A stretch of 64,000 nt of DNA from Blasia pusilla (Eukaryota), in NCBI GenBank assembly GCA_050084515.1, contig CM114271.1:9672001-9736000 (forward strand), written 5' to 3'. Below the pieces are notes generated by a model. It was not told the origin of the DNA. It ran no database searches and saw only the letters and a program-made list of their open reading frames with translations. Both the position numbers and the translations under genes were made by a program. The first letter of the stretch is position 1; every line of letters starts with the position of its first letter. Shown one piece after another: positions 1 to 13,181 of the stretch.

Positions 1-2709
1 CATGCGTTGGGCAGCTCTTAGTCGAGATGCATCAGACGCCTGCTCCTGAAGATCTCGCTTCTTCTTTGCAAAATCCTTTTTTTTTGCCTCTATTTCTTCG
101 TCAAGTTCTGCCTGAGGGAGGATGCGATCCTTGAACATTATTCTGAAACCTGGGTTTTTTATGGGCTTGTCCCGCATGTCATCAAGCCAAAGTTCAAAAT
201 CTTCAGCACTCTTCATGTTTGCTTCCTCCGGAACTGGCTCTATTCTTTTCAGCTCCGCTTGGAGACCCACGAGCATGGACTTCCCGAGAAGCCGCAACGC
301 GTCCCAAAATGACCATTCACGGAGCAAATGGGAGATCACTAGATCAGAGACACCCGAAGGATGGTGTGCCACCCTCTTTTGGGCCTCTATGCCCTCGAGA
401 CTGATTTTCATCAGTCAGATTCTCCTAAATTTGCTAATTCGAGACAAGGCAAATCAATATACGCGATTGAGAGACACTTTCTCCCCAATCCAACCTTGCG
501 GATCTTCATCCCTCTTCCGCTGGCGCTTGATTATCGCCTTCAGCTCCTTGTAGAAATCGGGGCCAAGTTCGGGGTTGAGAATGGCGATGTAGCGCTGCAT
601 CTTGCTTGCCGTGTACTTTGTAGCTGCAGATACTGTAGCATGGATGAACTTTGCACGCTCAGAGACAGATACTTTCTCCCTCCGCTCCAGCTCCAATGCA
701 ACGCTCTTCTTGGCGGCCTGTATCTTCGACCAGCAAAGGATTATCACGGCTGCATCTTGGGAAATAAACTTATTTGCCCAAGTCTTTTTTTATTTATTTG
801 AGCACCCTTTGCCAGCATCTCATTTTCAAGGGCGTCGCCCAAGAACCCCTTGTACTCTGCCGAGTGCGTCGTTTGCACTTTCTTCACCCGATCGCAATCT
901 TGGATCCAGTGATGGGTGACATTCCCCTCCGATACAATCTTGCACATCCAAACTCAATATTAGAATTTTTGCAAGGTACATGGGTTCCTCCAACCCGTCG
1001 GACTCCTACAGGTCGTCACAGCTCATGGTCGGAATGGAAGCAACGAGCTAAATTTTCCAACCCATCGGAGTCCGACGGATTGCATTGAGATTTGTGATTG
1101 CCCGATTTCAACCCATTGGAGTCCGACGGGTTGTCAGATAATCCGTATTTAGAGAGTGGTTTCGGAGAGAAAAGTGAACATATCAACCCGTCGGAGTCCG
1201 ACAAGTTGCGCAATTTCAATTAAAGCTGCAATTTGACGCCAAAAATATAGCTCCCCTACTTTTGAATGTAACCTGTCGGACTCCGACAAGTTGCTTTCAG
1301 CAAAAAACATCAAAAAACATCCAAAAATAGCTTCGAGTCAAGCAACCCGTCGTTCTCCGATGAGTTGCTTTCTTCAAAAAACATCCAAAAACAACGATGA
1401 GTCGAGCAACTCGTCGGACTCCGACGAGTTGCTTTTGGCCAAAAACATCCTTAACCTATGGTCAGTCGAACAACTTGTCGGACTCCGACGAGTTGCTTCC
1501 GGCCAAAAATATCCTAAACCAGTGATCAATCGAGCAACTTGTCGGAGTCCCACGAGTTGCTTTCGGCCAAAAACATCCTAAACATCCTAAAATGTGCCTC
1601 CAATGAGTTTGGGCACTCCTCTGCAAACTGGTCCACGCCATGAACCTGTGGTTTCCATCCCAGATGAAGAAATACAGGTTCCGCATCCAGCTGAATTCCG
1701 TCCCCTCTATCGCCCTTCTGAATTCCTGATCTCTCATCCTCCAGAATGTGTCGAGCGCTTCCAAGTCCTCCTCCGTAACCAACGCTTGGGTTCCATGGTC
1801 ATCGTAAGGCTGAACATAAAACGGAGGGAAGTTGTCGATGTAGGATGCTGTCGTTGCCGATTGTTTCAGCTTCGCAATATCCTTGTCAGACTAAATTTCG
1901 CGGAGTTACTCCGTAGTTTGCAATCGGAAAAGTGGAATTCTCAGGGCGTTCTGGCCCTCCATTAGTGCCATCTTCTTTACCACTTGTCACAACAGGGACA
2001 AGGTCAATAAGCTACACTGAATTGCCAATGAATTGCAACATGGGCCTTCACATAATTCAAAGAACATAGATCCTCTCTTACCCGCTCGAAGATTGGGTCG
2101 GTGTCTTGGCCAGCCAACTGCTCTGGGACAGCAGCTAGCAAGTCCACTGGAAACTCGTCGATCCGATAGAGGTCGATTTCTTCCGCCGTGCTTTGGGACG
2201 AGGATGACCGCTCTCCTCCTTCTTCAGCGATGTCCACCATCTCCACGCTGGCGATCCTCATGACCTCATCGTCCTCACTTGAACTTCGGACGTTTCCGCT
2301 ATATTGATTGTGTCCCCGGACTTCATCGGGGACATTTCCTGCATCTCAACACTTTCGGTTGGACGGGCAGGGCTTTCTTCAATGGCAATTGCTTTTACCC
2401 TCCGAGCTTTTTCCAATTCTGCTCTCCTCACCGACGCGTCCAAACGCTTCTTTTCACGCTTTTTGTCGGCGATCCTTTTCTTCAAGGCCTGCGACGCCTC
2501 ACCTTTGCGTTCTATTTTTTGAGCGCCTCATTTTCACGTTTTGCAAGAAGCTCTTGCTTGTGCATCTCTGCTTCCCTTTCCCGCTCCTCCATTTCTTGCT
2601 ACCTTATCTTATTGGCCGAACGAGGCCTTGGAGATGGTGACGCAGGAGTCCTCATGGACTTGGGAGTAAAGCTCCCAGCCTTGTTTGCTTGAGATTTTTT
2701 CCTCGTCAT
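1..2709 (-). pseudogene. Gene A, 5' half (coiled coil, ParB/Srx-like domain, helical region), copy 1
   Basis: ORF pieces 2258..2485, 2004..2261, 1462..1782 (NLYFFIWDGNHRFMAW), 744..947 and 454..747; frameshifts and stops relative to other copies. Confidence 0.75.
990..1565. repeat. Cluster of 27-bp palindromes in gene A intron 2
   Basis: Repeated caacccgtcggaNtccgacgggttg variants between the ParB-like exon and the next exon. Confidence 0.9.
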
Positions 2710-2995
2710 TGTTCCCGAAAATTCCTCCTATGGACAAGGAAATTGCTCTCTGTGCGCGATGAATCGGCTCGAGGAATCGCCTTGATGAGTCGCCTTGCTG
2801 ATGTCGCAATGAGTTGCCTTGATGAGTCGCCTGGCTGATGTCACGATGAGTAGCTTGAATCGTCTCGCGATTGTTTGCTTGAATCGTCTCGCAGTGGGTC
2901 GCCGTGTAAAGTGCCCCTTGGTATCTGGTCAGCTGCTGCGCAGAAGAGCAATTGAGATCGCGAAATGAAAAACCAAAAATGAGCGAACCTTCCCC

Positions 2996-3003
2996 TATTT
3001 ATA
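2996..3003 (-). promoter_or_regulatory. Putative TATA box of gene A
   Basis: TATAAATA on minus ~290 bp upstream of the ATG; conserved at 36621-36628 and 63354-63361, and as TATAAAA at 49399 on plus. Confidence 0.6.
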
Positions 3004-3094
3004 CTTTTCGAGCCGTTGGGCTGACCGTTGGGTCGCATCATCCTTCCAACAGCGAGGTGCCGGCCGTTATGGAAGTCTGGACGTGAAAAAAACC

Positions 3095-4090
3095 AACCCG
3101 ACGGTTTCGACAGGTTGCACGCTTCCCGAGGGTTCAAGGCATCCGTCCTCGTGGCAACCCGTCGGAGACCGACAGGTTGCGCGCCTCCGTTGTCTTTGGA
3201 CAAGAACATGAGGTACCCGCACAACTTGTCGGAGACCGACAAGTTGCGCGCCTATGCCGTCTTCGGACAAGAACGCGAGGTACTCGTGCAACCCGTCGGA
3301 TTTCGATGGGTTGCACGCTTCCCTCGTCTTGGGATAACAAGGCAGGCTTCCCGTGCAGCTCGTCGGAAGCCGACAGGTTGCACGCTTCCTTCATGTAAGC
3401 GTTACAAGGCGAGGCACTTGTGCAACCCGTCTGAGGTCGACGGGTTGCGCGTCTCCGCCGTCTTTGGGCAAGAAGGTGCGGCACCCGCGCAACTTGTCCG
3501 AAACAGACGGGTTGCACGCTTCCTTAATGTAAGTGTTACAAGGTGAGGCAATTGGGAAACCCGTTTGAGGTCGATGGGTTGCGTGCCTCCGCCGTCTTTG
3601 GGCAAGAAGGCGCGGAACCCGCGCAACTCGTCGGAGATCGACGGGTTGCACGCTTCCTGCATGTTAGCGTTACAAGGTGAGGCAGAAGTGTGCAACCCAT
3701 CCGAAGTCGACGGGTTGCACGCTTCGCTTATCTTGGGTTAATAGGCAAGGTACCAGGGCAACCCGTCAGTTATCGACAGGTTGCACGCTTTTCTATCCCT
3801 CGGGTAACAATGCGACAACGCATAGTGACGAGGCAACCCATTGCAATCCGACGGGCAAGATCTACCATGAGTTGGAAAATCCTGCAAAAGTCCCCAATGA
3901 TTGGTTGCCTTAGCATATGCAAGCCATATCTTGTGTTTGATGCTAGCAAAATTGACTCAAAAGACCTTTGGTCGGAAAGAAGGGGGTACCAACCCAACGG
4001 ACTCCGACGGGTTCCAACAAGAAGAAGTGCATGCTTCACAACCAACGTCTCTGATTCCCAAATTCTGCAACCCACTTGACTCCGACGGTT
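3095..4090. repeat. Intergenic array of the palindrome, ~57-61 bp period
   Basis: Palindromes separated by ~30-bp linkers related to one another (e.g. gcctccgccgtctttgggcaagaagg). Confidence 0.9.
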
Positions 4091-4255
4091 ACAATAGAAT
4101 TGAATCCATTGTGTCAGACATTTTCAACTACCAAACTTCATTTTGTTAGTCAAATTTTTTCAGGAGAATATGAGTCCCTATTCATTGTAAATTAAACATT
4201 CTCATTCTCATTCTCATACCAATTCTCTGTCTCCTCCCGATGGAATCTTTTGGGA

Positions 4256-6000
4256 ATGGATAATTATGTGAAGCTCACTTGTGGCAGTCATCTAGCGGCC
4301 CTTCCTCAATCAGAAATCGTTCGATCGCAAGCTTGTGAGTCTTTCATAGTAGTGGATGAAAATTTTCTCCCAAATCTTGCATCAAGGAGAATAAGAGGAC
4401 AGAGCATGTCACTCTACTCCAACGCTGCAAGGACAGCAAAACCTTGAAACAGGCCATGGAATGCCAAGAAGAACTTCATGGGTGGTAGTGGAAGCATGCG
4501 ATTGAGGGGAAGTACAAAGAGTTGTGCTCTTGGTTGAGTTGGTGGACTGTACGTATGAGACAATGGGGAAACTTCATGCGGCAGGTGAGTTCACTATTTC
4601 GTCTTGTCAAGCTCACGCTGAGAATTGTTTGAAAAGTTGTAGCTCAACTTGAGAAGCGTGGGCACAATAGGGATTTCAAATCGAAGAAACCAAGCAATTT
4701 GTCGGATGCAACGGGTTGCCCAAGTGTGCAACCCGTCGGAAACGGACGGGTTGCCTGAGTGTGCAACCAGTCGGAAATCGACGTGTTGCATCCAGAATTT
4801 TGGTGCAACCCGTTTACAAGTATGCAAGTCGCATGTATACAAGGCCTGCAAATAGTTTGACACGCATGAGTTTTGGATGACTTGCACTTGGATCTTCCAG
4901 CCCGGAGTGGCCAAACGTTCTTGCAACCCGTCGGAATTGGATGGGTTGCAGTAGGTGTTTCTTGGGTGTTGCAACACGTCGGGACCCGACGGGTTGCAGA
5001 GTCATTCATGGGATGCCTCGGCCTTGCAACCTGTCTGGTTCCGACAGGTAGCTTATTTCTTTGACTTCTGAGCTATTTTCGTTCCCTTCTAACATTGCCG
5101 TCGTTGCAGGGATTGAACATTCATGAAAATGCCCTGTGCCCCAACACAAGTGGAGCAGAAAGTGTTCATTCCTCCTGGAGGTCCTCACAATCATGCCAAC
5201 GAATTTCACTTGTGGAGGCATGCCAACAAGACCAGGCAAGAGCAATGCTCTGATCTGCAAACATCAATATCTTCCTCACAAAAGGCATAACAAAAGGAAG
5301 GGGGCCTTCGATCTACGAGCTCTATGTCAGGGCGGCTGTGAGATCTGGTGATGAAAAACTCTATGTGGAAGCCTTCAACCGGTGCGTAGCAGGAACTCCC
5401 CTCGAGCAAGACGTACACATTGGTGGGGATATTCGTGGGCGTGTTTCAAGACGTCCCATACAGATGGTGGTAGAGCAGTCCGAGCGAGACTCATGGAGAC
5501 CAGATAAGTATCTTGACTTCAGGCAGGTGAAGAGGCAGCAACGAGGAACGAATCCGGTTATTGATTTGGATGAGGAAATTATGCCACCCAGGTATTCGAG
5601 GACCCTGGACCGCTCCCTAATCCGTGATGGAGTTACTTCTCCAAAATCAGTGAATGTTTTATTTCAAAAGCCCTCCGTTGCTGGAAGTTCGCAACATTTG
5701 GTCGGTGGGGTGGTTCAACAATATGGGATTCCGGTAATGGAGGTGGATTGCAATCTAAAATTGTGGCATATATCTTGGAGCAACCTAGGACGTGGACCCA
5801 CTTGCAGGGCAGGATCTGATGGCATTAGGAGAGCATGCGGCACTTTCCTAAATAAGAATCAGACAAGGATCGGGCGACCCTTTGCTGGGTTTTGGGGACT
5901 CAAAACCTTTGATCGTTACACGAGGACCGAGGATCAATTGAAGTACTTCTTCTACCCAAATGAATCTTGCGCTTTCTGGAAGTCTTATCCGGCTGCCACT
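4256..6000 (+). pseudogene. Gene B (MULE transposase), copy 1; ~1.7-kb internal deletion near 4370 removes most of exon 1; 3' truncated
   Basis: Starts MDNYVKLTCG as at 37693 then jumps to KSCIKENKRTEH; intron ~4584-5109; ORF 5338..6003 matches 40473..41273. Confidence 0.75.
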
Positions 6001-6299
6001 TAATGAGTTCCGTTGGAGACAAATCCGCCGAGAGGCATAGAGACTTCTGACCTGTAATTAAGACCTGTACGTAGTCTTTTTCTTGAACCATATTTTCTGT
6101 GAACTAGAATGTGCTATGACCCAGCTTCTCTTCCTCTCGGGTCGACCTCTGTTTGCTAGGTACCGACTCCTTGTCTATTTCGTAACATTCTAGATAATAC
6201 ACATTAGACGAGGACTTAGTAGCTGTAGTCCGCTCTTGATCTGACGTATAGCCTTCATCGGTCGATGACGTTTCTCCTTGGGGTGGTCGTGATTTCCAC

Positions 6300-9200
6300 G
6301 ACAGCTTGATGAGTCATTTTGAGACCTGGTCTGGAGCATGGAATGTGAATCGTCTCCTTTTCCAATCTGTAGTCACTCTCGCACCGTACACCCAGGGTCT
6401 TCCAATAAGCAAAGGATAGCCAGTGGCTGTTAGGGGCTGCAACACTAAGTAGTCCAACAGAAATAGCACCCCGCCAAGCATGGTGGGGATCTAAGTGAGT
6501 TGTCCAAGGGGTCGCTTTCGGACTGATCCACGAACCGCAGATTCTTGTCGGTGGGCTTGTACTCCGTGTATCCTAGTGCCCGGGCCGTCTGTTCCGTCAT
6601 AATGTTAATTCCAGTTCCTGAGTCAATGGGGACCTTCTTAATGGTGTGTCCCTCAATCTCCACTTCTACCTCTGGGGCTCCCAAATCTTCCACTTTGATA
6701 CGGAATAGATCCACTACTAGTAGATTCTTTGTAGACTTCTTGGATATTCTACGGCTTATCTTCCACTGCTGCAAAATTTTTCCGTACACAGGGTTATCCA
6801 TTTATAATTGCAGCAGGGTAATATTGGCCCGGGTTGACGCCAAGTCCTTGAGTAAGTCGTAAGCTTCCAAGACTAGAGGTGACGTCACGATGGCTTGTAC
6901 TGCCGGAACCGTTCCGGTTCTCGCCTTCTATGTGGTCTGCCTCCCTTCTGGCCCTTGGTCCTGGTGCACTTGAGCCCGAACATGGTCCTCGATATCCTGA
7001 TGGAAGTACTTAGGGTGACTTCGATCAAAGGTCGGGTCAACATCGCCTTTTAGGATGGCCTTCCCGGCGCGGAAGGCGTCGACACTTTTTGTCCTGGGGT
7101 CTTTAGCTTTGCGCAAAGACGAAGCTCCTTTCCTTGCCTTGGGGGTCTCAGCGGTCTAGTTCTTGGACCTCATGGTGACAGCAAGAATGGTGTTTTGGAT
7201 CTCCTTGGGCCAGTCCGATGATTCTTTGGCCGCCGTTTTGTCCGAGTCCTCCTCCCTGATAATGACTCGCCTTGTCCTGGGGGACCCTAACTCTTCCACT
7301 CGGACGAGTTGCACATTTACGTCATTCTTGGACTCGGGTTGGGCTGCTGGAGTGTTGACATACTTTACCAACAACTGCGGGACCTTGGGCTTCGGGCATT
7401 CCACTGCAGTGTGCCCGCCCTTCTTGCAATTTCCGCACAATGGATTGAGTCCTACTGGCCGCTTTGGATTTGGGCAATTATTAGCCCAATGGTCAGCTGC
7501 CCCGCAATTATAACAACAATTCCTTTTTATGGGTGGCGTGAAGGCTACCGCGCCCAGAATCTATCTTAGGGGTCTTTGTTCCCCGTATTCCGGAGGCACA
7601 TATCGGATGATCCAACTTCGTCTGGGATTAGGCAGTGGCACCGCTTGGCTTGCATAACACCCTTCCCACTGTTCGGGTTCATACCACCCTTCTTCTGTAG
7701 TTGGATCTTCTTGGATCCAACGTAAATCTCTCTGAGTATGACATTCCTGAGCAATATGTCCTTGGGTTCCGCACGTACTGCACCAGATGTTGGGCCTCAT
7801 CACACATGGTCGTCTTCTGGGATCCTTCTGGGCCGCCAGATGTACCTTCAATTCCACAATTTGTTTACTTAACTCTTCAATGGCAGACTTGCCTGCCTTC
7901 CTCGCTGTCCCCTGTATTGGACTTTCCAACCGCTGGGGACGGTGCTTTGTTGGTCTAGTTTTCCTTCGATGCTTGGGAGAGTGGTGGCGCGTGCTTTTTC
8001 TTTTCCGCTTAGATTTTAAATCTTTTTCGGAGTCCGAGGACTCCGTGGTGTCCCCAGTAGAGGATTCCGTGTCTGTAGAGGACGCTTTGTCCTCGAACGA
8101 AGAACTAGTTTGCGAAGAACCTCGTCGTTGATGATGCTGTCTTCATGTTTTACGGGACTTCTCGGAGGCCTCGTACGCCTTTGCGGATGTTGTGACTGCT
8201 TCCAAGGAATCTCGTTGGCCTTGCCGATGGTACCGGTCCATTTCTTTGGACAGTCCGACACAAAATAATCTACCAATTGTGAGGTAGTAGTGTGTTCAAG
8301 TTTATTCACAAGGGTACAAAACCTTTGGGTGTATTCCCTGAGAGTTTCCTTCTTTTTACATTTCAGGTCGCGAAGCTTCGTTAGAAGCCTGTCCTCGAAC
8401 TCCAGGTCATGAAACTCATGAAGAAAGGCCTCCAATACCTTTTTCCAGGTTTCCGTGACGTCCGCTCCGAGACCCTCGTACCATTGGCTTGCTCGCTTAT
8501 TAAGCAGGCCAGGAAAGACTCGCAACAAATCCTCCTCTAAGCCTTCCCCATAAGCCTTAGCTACATGGGTAAATTCAAGCACAAAGTTGTCAACATCATC
8601 TCGCCACCCCCGTGCAAACGTGGGGTATCTAAGCAGCGTCTTCCTAGTGTTGGCCATTGGGAAATGTCTGCTGTTGGGTCCCGGGCTTGATGCTCGGGAG
8701 GGAGGAGGCAGCGGTTCCGATCTAGTTGATTTGGTTGGCTCCTCGTCCCCTGAGTCCCCAAAGGGTTTCCAGGTTGACTCTTTGTCCGACAGCGAACTGG
8801 CAGGAGACGTGTTGGGGAGCGTATTCCTGTCCCTCTTCTTGCTCTTGGGCTTTGTGCGAGGCCAAAGACTGGGAGACACCCCCGGCGGTCTCCAAGACGG
8901 GTGATCTTCTTGTTGCTTATTGTGTCGATCAGCTCGTTGATCTCGCGAAGAGGGCTGGGAGACTTCCATGAGTTCCTTCTGGGATTTGGGAGCTTGCTTC
9001 CGCACCCACGATCGCCACAAGGTAGGGGTCCATGGAGGGAAATTAGATCTTCCTAATTCCTAATTCCTAAAGCCTACAGGAGTGTTCTTAATCTTCCTGC
9101 CAGGTTTTCTCCCATAAACAGAAGTACCAGGTCATCACCAAGTACAACTGACGTTCATGGGCAAAGCATCGTTCGACGACTAGTTCTTTGACAAAACTAA

Positions 9201-9417
9201 TTAATTGTTCTATCTTTTCTAGCACCAATGCAGCAAACCAGTTGTTATCTTCTTTCATCCATTGTCTTAGGGGGATAGCTAGAGATAGCAGATGGTCTTC
9301 ACTAAGAACTAGATGGTTGGGTCTTCTAGGAGGCAAGGCTTCTTTCCCCGCTCCTGGATTTCCCATGTGTCTCTCTCCCTCTCCAGCAAAGCTTATGATC
9401 CCCGACAGCGGCGCCAA
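6300..9417 (-). pseudogene. gag-pol: gag-protease polyprotein, frameshifted
   Basis: Capsid-like WYEGLGADVTETWKKVLEAFLHEF (8016..9020); three CCHC knuckles CSTCGTQGHIAQEC, CYNCGAADHWANNC, CGNCKKGGHTAVEC; protease VPIDSGTGINIM and GYPLLIGRPW. Confidence 0.85.
9399..9416 (-). promoter_or_regulatory. Primer-binding site complementary to the tRNA-Asp 3' end
   Basis: TGGCGCCGCTGTCGGGGA just downstream of the LTR end, close to the Athila-type TGGCGCCGTTGCCGGGGA. Confidence 0.8.
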
Positions 9418-9424
9418 AAAGTTT

Positions 9425-10725
9425 TGGTTCTATATGTAATGTACAAGAGTTTATATTTTACAGTCGTTCACTAAGTTCGATCCCAAGAGGATCATTGTTT
9501 GATGAAAAGAGAGTTTGAAATTACAATTCTATTGGAATAGTTGTATTTTAATGTGTATGATTTATATTCAATGTCTTATCAATATCTTCAAATTTTTCTT
9601 AGTACCAAGGGATCTTTTCTCAATTCTCTCTAGTGGAATTGACAGCATGCTCATGTACATTTTCTTTCGACATCAAGAAAACTCACACAGACCTCAACAT
9701 GAAAGCTCGCTTCTCCTACTTTTAGAACTCAATCTGTCTCAACAAGCTACTCTCTGTCAAACAAATTTCCTACAACTTTATATTGATTATTCCATTAATG
9801 AGAAAGGTTTGCCTGATTCACTCTTCACTCTGCAGACCCAAAAAGAATACTTAGACATAAGTATCGCACATCATAATGAATGAATGATTGCTTTACTACT
9901 CCATCAAGAATGAGAAAGCTTCAAATACAAGCTCGAGAGGGTACTACTCCCTTGCTCAGACCATTCCTACAGCATGAGGACTTCGTAAGAGAATGATGAT
10001 GATAGCTACTTCTATGCTTCTTAAATACTCTCTGAAGGAAGAGTGATCCAAAGATTCGAAGCGTTTTTTATGAAGCTGGTGTCTCTTCAACATTTGTAAC
10101 TACCTAGATCTATGGTGCTCTATTCTTTTCCTAAGATCCCTATGAATCCGCAGAACAAAATTGTCATAACTACCAATTTGATACAAAGGGTTGCGTCCTT
10201 ACCTATTCTAATTGTTCTAACTATATGTCACTTGAAATCACTGTCAATCTTAGCTTCGCTTCGCTGCTAAGTCTGGACCTCTTTTGCTTCGCTTGAGGAC
10301 GAAGCTCTTTCTCCTTATTTGAAGACGAAGCGCTCCATTCTTTGTTCTTGTTCCAGGTGCTTTGTTCTTCGTGCTTCGTTCAAGAGCGAATTACTTCTTT
10401 CTCTTACGCTTTGTTATGCTTTGTTATACTTTGTTATAGAGCAAAGCACTTCATAGCTAGAGCTTAATAGAGCTTCATAGAGCTTTGTTGTCGTTCCGAA
10501 GCTTCTTTCTGGGTCTTGAGACTTCGTTATTTTATTCTCCTCTCCTCTTAGGCAAATCCTTGATTTTCTATCTCTCTGCCTTGTCCTTGGAGCTTCGTGA
10601 TTCACTTTAATCTTACTCATTCCTCCCCATAATAATATATAATAATCAAAATCATAATGTATATACAAGTCTTCATTGAATAAAAAGATGTATTTCTTCA
10701 AAAGTACAAAATTGTGGGTATCACA
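9425..10725 (-). repeat. 5' LTR (~1.3 kb)
   Basis: TG..CA ends, AT-rich, abuts the PBS; homologous to 14400-15192 (shared gagtagtaccctctc). Confidence 0.7.
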
Positions 10726-13181
10726 CGTGATGTATGGAGTGGACGCATGTAGGGACGACATTCCAAAATTTGTGAAGCCTGAAAATTTTTTTGAAGGAGA
10801 TGCAGAGGAGCAAGCCCTCGAGACAGGGGAGTTGGTGGCAAAGGTCATCACTGCCAAAGACAAATCCACGGCGGGTTTGAAAGCAAAGGCGAGGGGATTG
10901 AGGAATTTCAAGGCTGAGTCTTCCAGAAAAGAGGCTGAGTCCTGAAGGCGAGAGGTGGAATTGTTCGGGTGAGCAGGGTGAGAGGGCCGGACCAGGTCCT
11001 CGTCCAAGAAAACTCATGTGGAGTCTGAGGTAAAAGAGACTCCAACAAGCCGACAGCAGACTCGGGAGAAGCGAAAGCGGAAGGCGCCTGGTTCGTCAGA
11101 GGGAGGAGATAAGGATGTGGAATACACTCTATCATCCTTGGGCAAGCATAGGGAAGCTACCACTAGGAAAAATGTCCTTATTCACTTGACTGATCTTGTT
11201 GATGAGCTGCAGAGTTTCAGTTCTCAAGAGTCTACACTTGCCATCGAGAAATTGACTATGCTGGGACTAAAACTCCTTTGAAACGGGCACGCCCTCTGGA
11301 CGGTGCATGGGGTTGTTGAGGAGGTGGTAGTGGACCTCCTCATTGCGGATTTTCCTTCTGGGTTTTTCTTGTGGGATAACAATCAGTCTGGCACTTTTCT
11401 AGACTCGAATGTCCCGCTTTTGTACGACCAGATCGCGATGTTGTTTTCTTTTTCTGACGCGTATCTGAGTGACAGGGGTTGTTTATTGGTCCTCACTGGA
11501 GGGAGCAAAGACAAGCTCTTCAAACTTTTGTGCGTGAAGAGGTTGCTGAAGTGGAGGACGGCGCAATCATGAGTCATTAACAACAAGTATCCACTCATAT
11601 CGGCAACGACTCAAGTCCGGATAAGTCCTCTTTTTCAACGAATTGAATTTGTACAGAAATTCAACCTGTCGGACTCCGACGGGTTGTATCTCTACATGCA
11701 ACCCGTCGGATCCCAATAGCTTGCAAATTCACCTTAGGAACTTTCCTAAGGTCCTTTGCACTTGTGTTTGCGGTGTTGCAATCCGTTTGAAAGCGACAGG
11801 TTGCAAATTCACCAACAAGTCTCCATTGATTGCAACCCGTTGGAACCAGACGGGTTGCAAGTAGCACTAGTTTTCCACATGTTTCAGGAGTGATGCAACC
11901 TTTCTGAAAGCAATGGGTTGCTCTCATATTAGGAACTTCTCAACACTGAACAATTGTATTTAGTTGTAAGCCAACCATCAAACTCTGACAGATAGAGGTT
12001 CTGTTCAACAAAATGAACAACATGTCGGCTTCCAACCTGTTGCTCATAGCCAAAGAATCCACTTAGAGTTGTAAAACAACCCGTGGGACTCCGACGGGTT
12101 GCTCTTCTGTCAAGCCTATAGTCTAAGTTCAGAAGGATTGGTAATCACTATGGACTAGTAGGACGGGTTGAAAAGCAACCCGTTGGACTCTGACAGGTTG
12201 CTCCTCTCCCTAGCCAAATGAGCAACCCGTCGGATCCCGACGGGTTGCACATTGTGTCACTATATTGAGAGTAGACCAGCGGTCTACTAGATTTTTCTTT
12301 TTGCTGACATTATTTTCCACTTGCTTGTTCACACATGGACCACTCATTTGTCTACTGCTTCGTAAGGCCCGAGCACAACTTCCAAGTGTTCCAGATCCAG
12401 GATCCAGTGGATCCATGCTCCAATGGGTACAGCTTAGATAGTCTCTACAAATCCCCCCCACCGGAATTTTCATGCAGGAAGGGACTCCCTTACTTGGAGG
12501 AAGGGAGAAGTCACCAACCTTGATGCAAACACTCATCGAGCTCTGCTTGAAGCCAGGTGACTTGGTCTTTGACTTAGTGGGCCTATCAGGGGTGAGTATT
12601 AGAGGCGTCTGGCAGAGTGGCAGGAACATTCTCTAACTTGAGGGAAGGCCATAACTTTTTGAACCTTTGCAAAGAGGCGAATGCGGATTACGAGAGGCTA
12701 GTGGGAGTATACAAATCTCCTCCAAAGCCAACAGCTCCAATTCTAGAGCCACCATTGATAGTGACACAATCGTCACTTCCTACTATTCAAAAAATCGGGA
12801 GTCTCCGACATTAATTTTAGAAGAGCTATCGGACGATGACGAGTGAGTTCAAAGATTTATTGGACCGAGCTTGATTGAAGCGTTTTGGAGTAGGGATTTC
12901 GTGCTTTCCAAGGACGGAGCACATATTGATACTAGATGGGTGTCACCTTGCAAAGCATACAAGATTTATTGTTGAGGAAGGCGTTAGGACTCAAATCATG
13001 TTACATGGGACCGTTATGGTGTATCTAGGGGGCAAGGCTCTCAAATTCCCCAATATTTACAATCCCCATCTACAATCGGCCAGAGGAGCCACTTGTATCC
13101 CAAGACATTCCTTTTGTACAAAAACCTAGGAGAGTTAGGAGTAAATTTGTAGATGACAAGGTTGAAGAAATCATAGAATAG
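10726..13181 (+). pseudogene. Gene A, 3' half (beta-class DNA methyltransferase-like), copy 2
   Basis: VDLLIADFPSG and DAYLSDRGCLLV (11303..11572); after a palindrome-rich intron (~11620-12334), EKSPTLMQTLIELCLKPGDLVFDLVGLSG. Confidence 0.7.

Larger units (their letters stand above)
1..6000. mobile_element. Mutator-like element copy 1 (partial): gene A on minus, palindrome array, internally deleted gene B on plus
   Basis: Colinear with copy 4 (33650-41130); cut by the window start and by retroelement sequence at ~6000. Confidence 0.8.
6001..10725 (-). mobile_element. Truncated Ty3/Gypsy (Athila/Tat-like) LTR retrotransposon: 5' LTR, PBS, gag, protease; RT, integrase and 3' LTR absent
   Basis: Begins TGTGATACCC at 10725 on minus exactly where gene A homology ends; tRNA-Asp PBS; gag and protease motifs. 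Confidence 0.85.

Noticed and set aside
2755-2895. Short gatgagtcgcctt and gaatcgtctcgc repeats in the gene A 5' leader (also 36395-36520 and 63100-63255)
   Set aside because: Real but small and variable; no evidence of function beyond leader sequence
3095-4090. CRISPR-like pattern of palindromic repeats with ~30-bp spacers
   Set aside because: Spacers are homologous to one another, repeats are degenerate and also dispersed in introns, no cas genes are present, and the context is eukaryotic
9399-9416. tRNA gene
   Set aside because: Only an 18-nt complement of a tRNA 3' end (a PBS); no cloverleaf
9515-9883. 122-aa ORF
   Set aside because: Lies within the AT-rich LTR and has no recognisable motif
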